In this document: one piece after another, positions 49,002 through 59,761 of the stretch
Numbering within the stretch: the first letter of the stretch is position 1
Layout of the letters: the number at the start of each line of letters is the position of its first letter
Assembly: GCA_977017645.1 (NCBI GenBank)
Contig: OZ360220.1
Location: forward strand, 207,700,001-207,764,000
Source: Torpedo marmorata
Lineage: Eukaryota
Reading direction: 5' to 3'
DNA length: 64,000 nucleotides
Notes under the pieces: generated by a model
What the model saw: the letters and a program-made list of their open reading frames with translations, nothing else
Database searches by the model: none
Told to the model about the DNA's origin: nothing
Translations under genes and position numbers: made by a program

Positions 49002-52000
49002 TCTGATATCATAGTAGGATTTGTCTCCAGCCATGAAGGTGGTCATGACTATAGTGTCGCTGAAGTGTGGGAGATGAGGTTGTGCATTTGTGACTGAAGT
49101 TCCTCTTCTTCATTTGGTCCTGGGAGAGATTTCACAATCCAATCTTTATTTTTTCTTCTGCGGTGCACAAAAATACTTGAGAAACTCAGCAGGTCACACG
49201 TATTTTGTTCTTGAACTGATATGACAGCAGTTCTTCTCTGGCATTCTGTCTATTTCATTATTCATTCTGACATTTTATTGGTTCAACAGACAAACCACAG
49301 GACACAATGTTAAAGAAATCTCTGATGAGGGATAAATGACAAAAAATATCCGTTTCTTGCACTCTCTCTGAGACTCAATTCACTAGGATTTTCTAGACCA
49401 TTATTTCACTTATTTATGGAATCAACTTAAGTAGAATCATTCAGGCACTTGATAGTGATCAATATCCCTTTCACAGGGATGATGAAGACTCCGTCTATCA
49501 TTAGCGGCAAGCGCCAACATTCAAAACACGCTGGCTGTCCTTTTATTTTACTGGTTTGAAAATAACTTCTGCCATTACTTTCTCAGGATCTTTGTCCAAT
49601 GATTTCCAAAACTCTTTTCTTGGCACCTTATTTTGGGAACAAGAGAAACATTTTGCAGATGAAAATGCTCTGAAATAAGGATGGAAGACTGACAGAATCG
49701 GCTTCGATGTAGACAGAAACAGAGCTAATGATTTAAGTCAATGATCAGAACAGCCTCACAAGGAGGCACCTAATAAGATAACACAGGTGGTTGTTTAGTG
49801 CATCATACCAATTTAACTTGATCCAAGGCACACGAAAAATGCAAACTCAAACGTTAGCAGCAACTAGGCAGTGCTCATTACATCATACTTTAGGTCAAAT
49901 TTCATGATGGGTTTACACAAGTTCAAACTAGTGTAGCTGGGTATGATGCTTATACAAATTGCTGATGATACCACTGTAGTCGGCTGTATAAAAAGGGGCG
50001 ATGAGTCAACATACAGGAGGGAGATTGAAAACTTGGCTGAATGGTGCACTAACAACAACCTCCTGGCCCACAGGAAAAAGAACGTCATGTTTTATGTGAC
50101 GTCGTGTATGTAACACTGATAATAAATTTGAACTTTGAACTTTAGTTGGTGTTCCTTGAGCCTCCCTGTGCACAATTTAAAGGGCACAAGCTTTTTCCTA
50201 TTGATATTAGAAGTTATTTCAGTTTCTCAGAGCTTGCTGTAAATCAGGACCAAGAAAAGACATTGAAATCTTTTGGTACAGGTCTGGATGCCTTTGGATG
50301 AGGGTAGGAGGAGGAAAGTGGCATTTACTTAGGACACAGGAAACCCTCCAGGTCAATCGTGAAGTAATCTGGAGAAGGTCACATGAAGAACTGAGAATAT
50401 GGACAACATGCAGGTAGATAAATAACCTCACACAAGTGGTCAAGAAAACTGAAGATATAATATAAATCATGTCACCCTATAGCCTCAAACATAGCTTTAA
50501 AGTATATATCTTTTATTTATTTTCTCAGTCTTTATTAAGTCTTTAGAGATGGGAAGAGGAAAATGACATCAGTTTGCAAAGCATTATCCAGAAAAAGTGG
50601 TGAAAGCAGATCATGGAATTGTAAATGCAGAGGGAATACCAAGTGTCTAAGTATGAGTGGTATAAAGGAGTAATATTTGCATGTGTAAGGACAGTGATTG
50701 TATGTGCTCATTGTCTTCAGTTAATTAACAGCTAGTCCTAGAGGGACTGCAGGATTAAGACATTGGGAGGAGGGGGGAGGGGGGCAGAAGAAAAGCAGGA
50801 TGATAAATTAGAGATAGGGAGTTTCTCCCACTGGAATGCCCTTGGCAGTGAGTAATCAGAATTAAGACTGCAGAAGCTCCCTGTTTTAACAAATGTAGCA
50901 GAGACCACCAAGGCCCCCTGGAAAGAAAAGTAGATGTGGAGACAAGCAGTCTATTTATGATACAGCATATAATCATTGCAGGAGACACATTCCATTTGAG
51001 GCTCTGGTGGAGGCAGAGACCAAAATGCAATGACATCAGCAACCACAGATCACAAGCTACTTTCTACCAGACTGGCTCTTTGCTGATAAGAGGATGTCTA
51101 GATTAGGTGAAGATGCTCAACCATGTATCTGACTATGTGACAAAATGCCACACTCTGTACAAGCAGAGGGAATTCATTAAGATGCCAGTGTGAAATCAAT
51201 CAAAATAAATGCACTTACGCTTGAGTCGAAAAGTGCGAGTAATTATTTTCTCCACTACAGTAACTTTCAAAAGTGAAATGGATAGATAATTTACAGAGAA
51301 AGTGTCCAAGACCAGAGAGAAAAAGCAGGGACTAAGTATTTTTAGAGAAAAAAAATATCCAGTGACAACACATTGGGGTGATTCAGCCATAAGAAGCTTT
51401 CCACCGACATTTACTACAAACCCTCCAACTCCCACAACTATCTGGACTACACATCCTCACACCCTGTCCCCTGCAAGGACTCCATCCCCTTCTCTCAATT
51501 TCTCCGCCTCCGCCGCATCTGTTCCCAAGATGAGGTGTTCCACTCCAGATCTTCTGAAATGTCTGCCTTTTTCCACAAACGTGGCTTCCCCTCCACCACC
51601 ATCAACTCAGCCCTCACCCGCATCTCCTGCTCATCTGCCCTGGCCCCCTCTGCCCCCAGACGCAACAAACATAGAATCCCCCTCATCCTCACCTACCACC
51701 CCCGGAATTTCCGGCACTTACTACAGGATCCCACCACCAGACACATTTTTCCTTCTCCTCCCCTCTCGGCCTTCCGTAGGGACCGCTCCCTCCGCGATTC
51801 ACTCGTGCACTCATCCCTCCCCACCCATCGCACCCCCGGAACCTTCGGCTGTGCCCGCAGGAGGTGCAACACCTGCGCCCACACCTCCCCCCTCACCACG
51901 GTCCAGGGCCCCAAACAGGCCTTCCAAGTGAAACTACACTTCACTTGTACATCCAGAGAACTTATTTACTGCATCCGGTGCTCCCGTTGTGGCTTTCTAT

Positions 52001-52163
52001 ACATTGGAGAGACCGGTCGTAGATTGGGAGACTGCTTTGCTAAGCACCTCCTCTCCGTCCGCAACAACAGCGACCTCCCAGTAGCCAACCAGTTCAATTC
52101 TGGGTCACACTCCCACACTCACATGTCTGTCCATGGCATCATGTACTATCCCACCCAGACTAC

Positions 52164-52411
52164 TGTGGTAAACCACTTTGTTTGTATTGTGGCCTGAGGC
52201 AAGTATGACCATGACCTGTCTGTCTGTCCCGGTGACCCCTCCCCCTTTACATGGAATAAAGGCATTGAGCCAGCTACTCCTCCCCCAGTTCCGGGACAAT
52301 CCAGCAGGGATCATCAGGTCAAGGTGTATTAGCCCTGGCTTTGATTCTGGTAATAAAAGCCTATTAATTCCTGCACTTCTAGACTCGCGTCTGTCATTGA
52401 TAGGTATATCA
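52164..52411 (+). mobile_element. Solo LTR related to the Gypsy at 15367-19902
   Basis: Starts TGTGGTAAACCACT and ends TTGATAGGTATATCA. Flanks ACTAC/ATTAC. Absent from the homologous Penelope at ~54765. Confidence 0.88.
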
Positions 52412-52688
52412 ATTACCCGCAAATTGGAGGAACAACATCTCATATTCCGTCTCGGCACTCTCCAGCCAGATGGCATTAACATTGACTTTTCTGCTTTCCA
52501 CTAAACCTGCTTGTCATTCCCTTCCCCTCCCCCCTCACCTGTCCTTCCTGTTTTTCTCCAGCTACCTAGCCATCCCTCCTCCCCCTCTTTGCTGCTGTCC
52601 CCTCCCTCCTTTCTCCACCTATCATCTCCTGCCTTTGCCATCCCCCTTCCCCCCTCACTCCTTTGTTCGGATGCCTGCTGGCATTTTA

Positions 52689-52730
52689 TCATACTTTGAT
52701 GAAGGGCTCAAGCCCGAAACGTCGGTTATG
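52689..52730 (+). ncRNA. Minimal hammerhead ribozyme motif (Penelope pLTR)
   Basis: TTGATGA-a-GGGC-tcaa-GCCC-GAAAC-GTC with flanks CATAC / GTTATG. Confidence 0.62.
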
Positions 52731-53111
52731 TATTTCTACCTTTGCTACATAAAAAACACTGTTTGACCTGCTGAGTTTCTCCAGCATTTGTGTTTTTTAC
52801 TTCAACCACGGTGTCTACAGATTTTCGTGTTTTACTTCATAAGAATCTAGTCATTGACTCCTTCAAAAGTTTTGGTAAAGATGTCATTAAGCTCCAGGTT
52901 AATTTGATGGGTACAAGATAGTTGTCAGATAAGAAGTGCTTAAACAGCAATAATAAAGAAATCAGGGAGCAATGGATGTTAAACATGCACTTGCTCTTAC
53001 ATTAAGGAACAGGATAAGAAGCAGAATCATGAATAGGCCAATCAGTCCTTCCAGCCTCCTCTGCTATCTAAGATCTTGGCTGATTTTTTTGTCTAAAACA
53101 TTCCTTTAATA

Positions 53112-53330
53112 CAGTAAAACCCCTGTTATCCGGAAGTCAAGCAACCGGCAGCATCAAGCAACAGGCAAATAAAATTGTGGAAAATAAATGTAAAAAATAC
53201 GGAAGTTTAAATTTGGTGCGCCTCACAGTTAGTTTGCCAATCACAAAACACACAGTCTTAAGCAACAGGAAAATTCACTTATCTGGTATAAACCAATCCC
53301 CATAGGTGCCAGGTACCAGGGGTTTTACTG
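53112..53330. mobile_element. Tc1/mariner (Tigger/pogo-like) MITE
   Basis: TIR CAGTAAAACCCCTG / CAGGGGTTTTACTG with TA on both sides. Confidence 0.88.
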
Positions 53331-54387
53331 TATTCAGGAATCCATCAATTTTTGTTGAAGAAGATGAAGAGAAGAAAATCAATTCCAGCAGGACCAGGAT
53401 TAACAGGCACAGATCCAGCACTTATTTTTAAATGCCTCATGATTTCTAGTTCTGCAATTCTAACTCAGAATATGGAATATAGTCTGTAGTGTCAGCCAGT
53501 CACTTCTGAGTATTTTGACCAATTTGGCATTCTTGTGCTGTTCAAAACTCTGTTATGCACAAAATATTTTCCCAAATCAATAGACTAATGAGTTTATCCA
53601 TTTTCTTACAAACTCTTCAAATGCTACCATATGGAGTTATTTAATAATAACAATTCATACATGAAAAGAAAATACTGCAGAAATACACAATGACTTTTTT
53701 ATTTATTGATGAACAAATTGCAGAAATTGTACATGCCACATTGAAATTATTATGTAAAAAAGATTTATCACCTCAATTATGAAAGAAAATAAAGCAGTCA
53801 GAAAAACCTTGAAATTATTTAATTATTTTTGCAACAAGGACACCCATACTGAAATTAAATTTATTAGCACGGTACAATGGATACTCTTTGCCAATATACA
53901 ATTCTTTGTAAATTAGTATGTGACATTGATGTAGAATTTTTATAAAAATCATCCTTTGTGAATAACAAATTGTAGCAATCAGCACAGGGTTGTTAAAGCA
54001 ATAAGTAATAAATGTCTTGAATGGCACTGACATTACTATGTAACATTTTATGATGCATTTTAATCATCATATCTCCCAAGGGTAACCTCCCATTTTCTTG
54101 TTAATTGTCCATTTTCATTCTATAGCAATAATCAGTGATTAGGAATTCAATTCCCTGTCTCAAGGCCTGAGGACAGAATTGACGTTGATGTTTCAGTGGA
54201 GTAGAGCAGGGGTGGTGAATGCTGGATGTGTCAGCTTTGACATGAGACATAAAAACATGGTTAATATCTGAATGCTCTTACATCAGTGCTGAAGATCCCA
54301 AATGTCTGGTCAATATTTATCTTGTCATGGTATCTAAAATGTATCAACATTGATGTTCTCATGACATACAGTAAAAGGGGGCATTTA

Positions 54388-55003
54388 AAAAACACAAATG
54401 CTGGAGAAACTCAGCAGGTCAAACAGTGTCTTTTATGTAGCAAAGGTAGAAATACATAACCGACGTTTCGGGCTTGAGCCCTTCATCAAAGTATGAGAAA
54501 ATGCCGGCAGGCGTCTGAACAAAAGAGTAAGGGGGGAGGGGTGGCAAAGGCAGGAGATGATAGGTGGAGAAAGGAGGGAGGGGACAGCAGCAAAGAGGGG
54601 GAGGAGGGATAGCTGGGTGGGTGGAGAAAAACAGGAAGGACAGGTGAGGGGGAGGGGAAGGAAACGACAAGCAGGTTTAGTGGAAAGCAGAAAAGTCAAT
54701 GTTAATGCCATCTGGCTGGAGAGTGCCGAGACAGAATATGAGATGTTGTTCCTCCAATTTGCGGGTAGTCTGGGTGGGATAGTACATAAGGCCATGGACA
54801 GACATGTGAGTGTGGGAGTGTGACCCGGAATTGAAATGGTTGGCTACTGGGAGGTAGGTCACTGTTGTTGCGGACGGAGAGGAGGTGCTCAGCAAAGCGA
54901 TCTCCCAATCTACGACCGGTCTCTCCGATGTAGAGAAAGCCACAAAGGGAGCACCGGATGCAGTAAATAAGTTCTCTGGATTTACAAGTGAAGTGTAGTT
55001 TTT
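54388..55003 (-). mobile_element. Penelope-like element 3' part (GIY-YIG and pLTR)
   Basis: LIYCIRCSLCGFLYIGETGRRLGDRFAEH; near-identical to ~51930-52790 in inverted orientation. Confidence 0.9.
54455..54496 (-). ncRNA. Minimal hammerhead ribozyme motif
   Basis: Core identical to 52689-52730 on the minus strand. Confidence 0.6.
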
Positions 55004-55993
55004 GATCTCTCAAGCTTATGCCAACTCCTAAAGCAATCGTCTCAGTAATATTCCCTCTTTTATTTCCCTGTAATGCATTCTTTATCACATGCTCATCAAT
55101 CAGCAACCCAGCAGTGCGTGATTCTCCCACCACCCAGCTAAACCAGGGATGATTGACAGTTGTTAATTAACCGACCAACCGGAATGCTGTTGGGTAGTGG
55201 AAGAAAACCAGAGAATCTAAAGAAAACCCACATAGTTATGGAGAGAACTGGCAAACCACAGCATTTCCAGGTCAGGATTGATCTTGGGTCACTGGAATTA
55301 TGAGGAGGCAGCACCATCTACTGCAATGTTGACATCCTGTGCCATTTGCATTGCATTGTTGTTGGTGAATCATCTGTGCTCAAATTCACTTCTGCATTTT
55401 ATATCTCTATCTAGATAGTTGCAAAGCACTTTGGGATATTGTGTGTAAAGCACAAAATCAATGAATTAATAAAGAACCAAGACAGTCCTTAAGAAAGTGA
55501 AGGGCCACAGAGGACAAAAAACATCTCTGATTTGGTTCTGATTTGAGAGTGCTGCAAAGGGGAGCCAGGTAATGGAAAAAATACGACGTTGATAAGGAGT
55601 CTGATTCTCGTCTAGTCTGAGATGGGAGCAAGTTGGGGATGTGTGATCAGGTGTTACTTTGCTGTTGACTGCCATCATCACTGATAAGACGGGATTGGAA
55701 AGCTTGCACCACTCCTCCAGTACTCTACAGCAACATCAACCTCAATCTTGACCTCAACTCTTAAAAAAGAGAATTGAATCTCTCATCCCTGAGTGAAATG
55801 CACTTTCTGCTCAATAACTCCCAAGTTCATCTAAAAAAAAAAATAGCAACACAAGACTTCTTTTTACAAACCAGTTGTTGAAAGTGTTTCAGCATGTAGT
55901 GACTTCAATCCAATAAATAGTCACTTGGAGGCTAGGTGAGACACTTGTTCTTGACGCGTTTCAATTAATTTACTAACAAAGTCCAATTTGTTC

Positions 55994-56250
55994 TTTTTAA
56001 AAAAATTTAGACATACAGCACGGTAACAAGCCATTTCGGCCCACGAGTCCGTGCCGCACAATTTACACCCAATTACCCTACACCCCCGGTACATTTCGAA
56101 TGGTGGGAGGAAACCGGAGCCCCCGGGGAAAACCCACGCAGACGCGGAGAGAACATACAAACTCCTTACAGACAGCGCGGGATTCGAACCCCGGTCCCGA
56201 TCGCTGGCGCTGTAAAGGCGTTGCGCTATCGCTATGCCAACCGCTACGCC
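55994..56250 (-). mobile_element. V-SINE inserted in the 3' LTR of the BEL element
   Basis: Absent at the equivalent position (~60320) of the other LTR. Confidence 0.9.
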
Positions 56251-56947
56251 AAATGTTTATTAACACATGATGACTTGTAGCAATCTTCAATAACTTAAAT
56301 ACCTTCTTTAACGAAATGAAGACAATCCTTGATAACGATGCTTAATAACGATTCTTAATAACGTTCCTTTAAAACAATTATTTATAACTTCCTTTAAAAT
56401 GGTCAATGAAAACTATGACGATCTCACTCACCCTCCTCTAGGTCGCCATATTCTATATATATATATTTCTTCCCCGATTCGCGCGCATGCTCCAACACGC
56501 ATACTCCACCACGCATGCTCCAGCCACTTCCCCACTGCGCATGCGCCCGTCAACACACCTGCGCATGCGCAGAATGGTCAATAGGCCCAGCATGGCCTGC
56601 CAAACTCCGCGACTCCTTCGACACCCGCTGGATACATCGGAACGGCACGATAAAGGTAGGAACCGAGCCTATGGCTCTTACACTGGCCCCTAATTATTAT
56701 AACGAGACGCAATGTCTTAAATAATAATTACACTATCAATTACAAATAACAATAACTATATAACATTCAAACAATATACAAATCTTCTTTCTTCATAAGA
56801 CCAGAGTTTACCATAACTCTGGATCAATAAAGTCTGTAACCTGTATAGTATACAAAACAACAAATACAGTCAGTTTGTACTTATCAAAATTCTTTTATCT
56901 CCAGAATCTTTGAGTTAGAACGTCGACCAGTGAACCTCAAATCTTCC

Positions 56948-57703
56948 TCAGACAAAATAGATAGTTTTTCTTTTGAATTTAACACAAGGTACGTCTTCAG
57001 CATGTTGTTTCGCTTTATACCTTTCTTCAACATTCCACTTCTCATATGAAGAATTTAAACTCTTAGAACCAGAATTTGAATATATATCTGATCCTCTCGA
57101 TTTTAATAAACGAGTCTCTTTAATCTTTCCTGCATTCAATTCTTTCAATAAGAAAGTACTTCTCTCATTATCTTCCGAGAAATTAATAACTTGATCTGAA
57201 GTGAAAATATCATGTGATACATTGGTACTTCTATTGTCAACCTTGCTGTGGTAAACTTGAAAATTTCGAATTTCTTCATCTTTCCTGTTACATTGCTGCA
57301 ATGCAGTACCACTTTCTTTCTGCATTGTTAATAGCTGAACCTTCAATATACATTCTTGATTGTTTTCTATATTCAGCTGTTTTGTGTTATTAACCAATAA
57401 CTTGTTCTCTTTCAAAAGATGAATCTCTTCCTCCAACCTTTTACATCTTGATAATGCTGAATCTCTTTCCTCAATAACTGTATTTATTTCTTCAGCAGTT
57501 ATTCTTTTCTTCCGCTTTCTGACTTTGCAAATTTTATTTACAATTAAATCTTTCTGATTACTGTTTTCATGATTATCCAATATTTCCAATTCCTTTTTCA
57601 ACATTTTGTTCTCTGAATTCAATTGCATTAAATTATCATTCACATTCTTCTTTATTGCATCAGCACAATTTTCTGCTTTCATCAGTTTTACATCACGGTG
57701 CAA
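56948..57703 (-). CDS. Coiled-coil ORF containing a captured MIPOL1-like segment
   Basis: RITAEEINTVIEERDSALSRCKRLEEE...ENNQECILKVQLLTMQ...EEIRNFQVYHS resembles vertebrate MIPOL1 as I recall it (RITAEEMSALIEERDAALSKCKRLEQE...ENNQERALKAKLLSMQ...EEIQTLRVYYS). Confidence 0.78.
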   Translation of the reverse strand: MHRDVKLMKAENCADAIKKNVNDNLMQLNSENKMLKKELEILDNHENSNQKDLIVNKICKVRKRKKRITAEEINTVIEERDSALSRCKRLEEEIHLLKENKLLVNNTKQLNIENNQECILKVQLLTMQKESGTALQQCNRKDEEIRNFQVYHSKVDNRSTNVSHDIFTSDQVINFSEDNERSTFLLKELNAGKIKETRLLKSRGSDIYSNSGSKSLNSSYEKWNVEERYKAKQHAEDVPCVKFKRKTIYFV

Positions 57704-57959
57704 GATTTCTTCATTGACCTTATCTGCTGTAACCTCTGAACTACAAAATCTACTTTCAAATTTATTCTGTCATTTGTTTTATTCCTGCCTCTGATTCAAT
57801 TTCACAGGAATAATCACTAGTATTATTTGCAACATCGTCTAATACTTCATTTTCATCCATTTCTGATGAAAATAATTCCTTCAATGTTGTTTTAAATGCT
57901 TTTGATTTATTTTCACATTGATCTGTTTTCTTTTCTTCAAAAGTGACTTTCTTATTTAC

Positions 57960-59761
57960 AATCTTATGCTGTTCCCTTAACTCATCAAATTTCACAACCG
58001 AAATCCTGTTAACATTTATCGCTAACTGTTCCTGAGCAATATCATTATTTCTTTCCAATGGTCCATTAATTGTCCAACCAAGCTTGGTTCTAACAGCATA
58101 ACGTCCATTCCCTCTACTCCGTATTACTTCTAGTGGTTTCAAAACCTTTGGTACATCTGAACCAATCAGCATTTTTATTTCAGAATTAACCACAGATAAG
58201 ACAAATGAGTGTATAGACTTGGAAGATCATGAATTTTTTTGCCATGCAATCCAGCAAACTCTAAGCCTGAAACAATGCTGGTTTCAATGACCTCTTCTTG
58301 TCCCATGGTTTTCAACATAATCTTCATCTTTTTTCCTTGAATATTAAGTTTGTTCATTAGTCCCACCGTGCAAAAAGATGCAGTGCTGCCTGGGTCGAGA
58401 AATGCATATGTATGTACTGTTGCATCCCCTTTCTTGGTCTTTACTTGTACAGGCACTATTGAAAGTTTGCAGTTATCCACACCGGCCCTGGTAAGACCAC
58501 TTGTCTGAACCGAGGTTATAACATTGTTTTCTGATGTTTGCTTTGTTTCTGTTTGCTCATTTTTCAATTCCTTGTTTCTTTGATGGATATGCAACATTCT
58601 AGGATGCTTCAAATCGCATATGTTACAGTTAATTCACTTCTCGCAGTTTTTACTGAGGTGCCCTTTACACAGACAGCTAAAATATACTCCATTTTCCTTT
58701 AAGAAAGCGATCTTCTCATTATGTTCCTTCTTTTCCAACTGTAAACACATTTCCAAAGCATGTCCACCTTTACAGAACAAACAACTCTTCTCATTAGGCA
58801 AACTTTCCTTTTCCTTATTTACTTTATCTTTTTCTTTATTTATAACTGACACATTAGCAGCAAAACTACTTTTCAATTTCAGACTAGGCTGTGAGTTAGA
58901 CCTCTTTATAACTTTGTTCCCCATTGAATGGTACATGTGACTTGATAACACCACGCTCTTGGAGGCTTTGTCCTTGAATTTGCATATCTTGTACCCGTGG
59001 AACTAAAATATCTACCCTTTTGGTTGATTTCTTTTTTGTGGCTCATTTTTAAAATATAACTTCTTATCATCATACACTTTAAATAATTTACTCCGAGCAC
59101 CAGATACCATTGAGCCTTCTAGTACCTTTATTCTGGCCCTGGCAATAGCAATGTTTTCTTCCAGCTCCTGCTGCTCCTTTCTCCTTCTTAGCTGCTCTTC
59201 CTGTTCTTCTAAAAAATGTTTATCCTTAAGAGAATCTTGTCGTGCAAGAAGAGTAGACAAGTCAACTTCAATCTTTGTACGTGACGATGCAAAACTTGAA
59301 GTACGAGAAACTCTGGATCTTGAACCAGAAGAACTTTGTTTGCTTCTCCTGCTTTCAACATTTGAGACACTGTCACATACTTGTATTTTGTCCTGCAGGT
59401 CAGATGTTGTCTTCTTACTTGCCTCTTTCTCTGGCTCGAATTGTACATCCTTTGCATCTTCATCCTCTTTGTCTTCATCACCATTTGGTGACACATTTTC
59501 AGCCATTTCCACGTTGCTGTCTTCATGTTCAGTCGTAGTTCTTTGCAATAAGTTTTCAATGTTTTCATTCCCATCAACCGAAGCTGCCGCCTCTTCTACC
59601 TTTGCCAGCTTCAGTCTTTCAATGAGAATATTTTTATTTCCACTTGTATCTAGTTTCCGTCACTTCAATTCTTCTTTGAGATTCACAACCTTCATGTCTT
59701 CAATACGTTGTTCCTCAACAGCAACATCAGCGGCTTCTGCGTCAACTGCTGCTGCGGCCAT
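57960..59761 (-). pseudogene. Disrupted BEL gag-protease with an N-terminal SAP domain
   Basis: MAAAAVDAE...IEDMKVVNLKEELK*RKLDTSGNKNILIERLK, then DSVSNV-Ser-rich and KHFLEEQEEQLRRRKEQ Gag motifs, zinc knuckles and protease. Confidence 0.82.

Larger units (their letters stand above)
51398..52837 (+). mobile_element. Penelope-like element (RT C-terminus, GIY-YIG endonuclease, pLTR)
   Basis: TDIYYKPSNSHNYLDYTSSHP; LIYCIRCSRCGFLYIGETGRRLGDCF; EEQHLIFRLGTLQPDGIN. Confidence 0.9.

Noticed and set aside
56948-57703. Native MIPOL1 locus or an env gene
   Set aside because: It lies inside LTRs with a TSD, is partial and intronless, and shows no signal peptide or transmembrane segment expected of Env.
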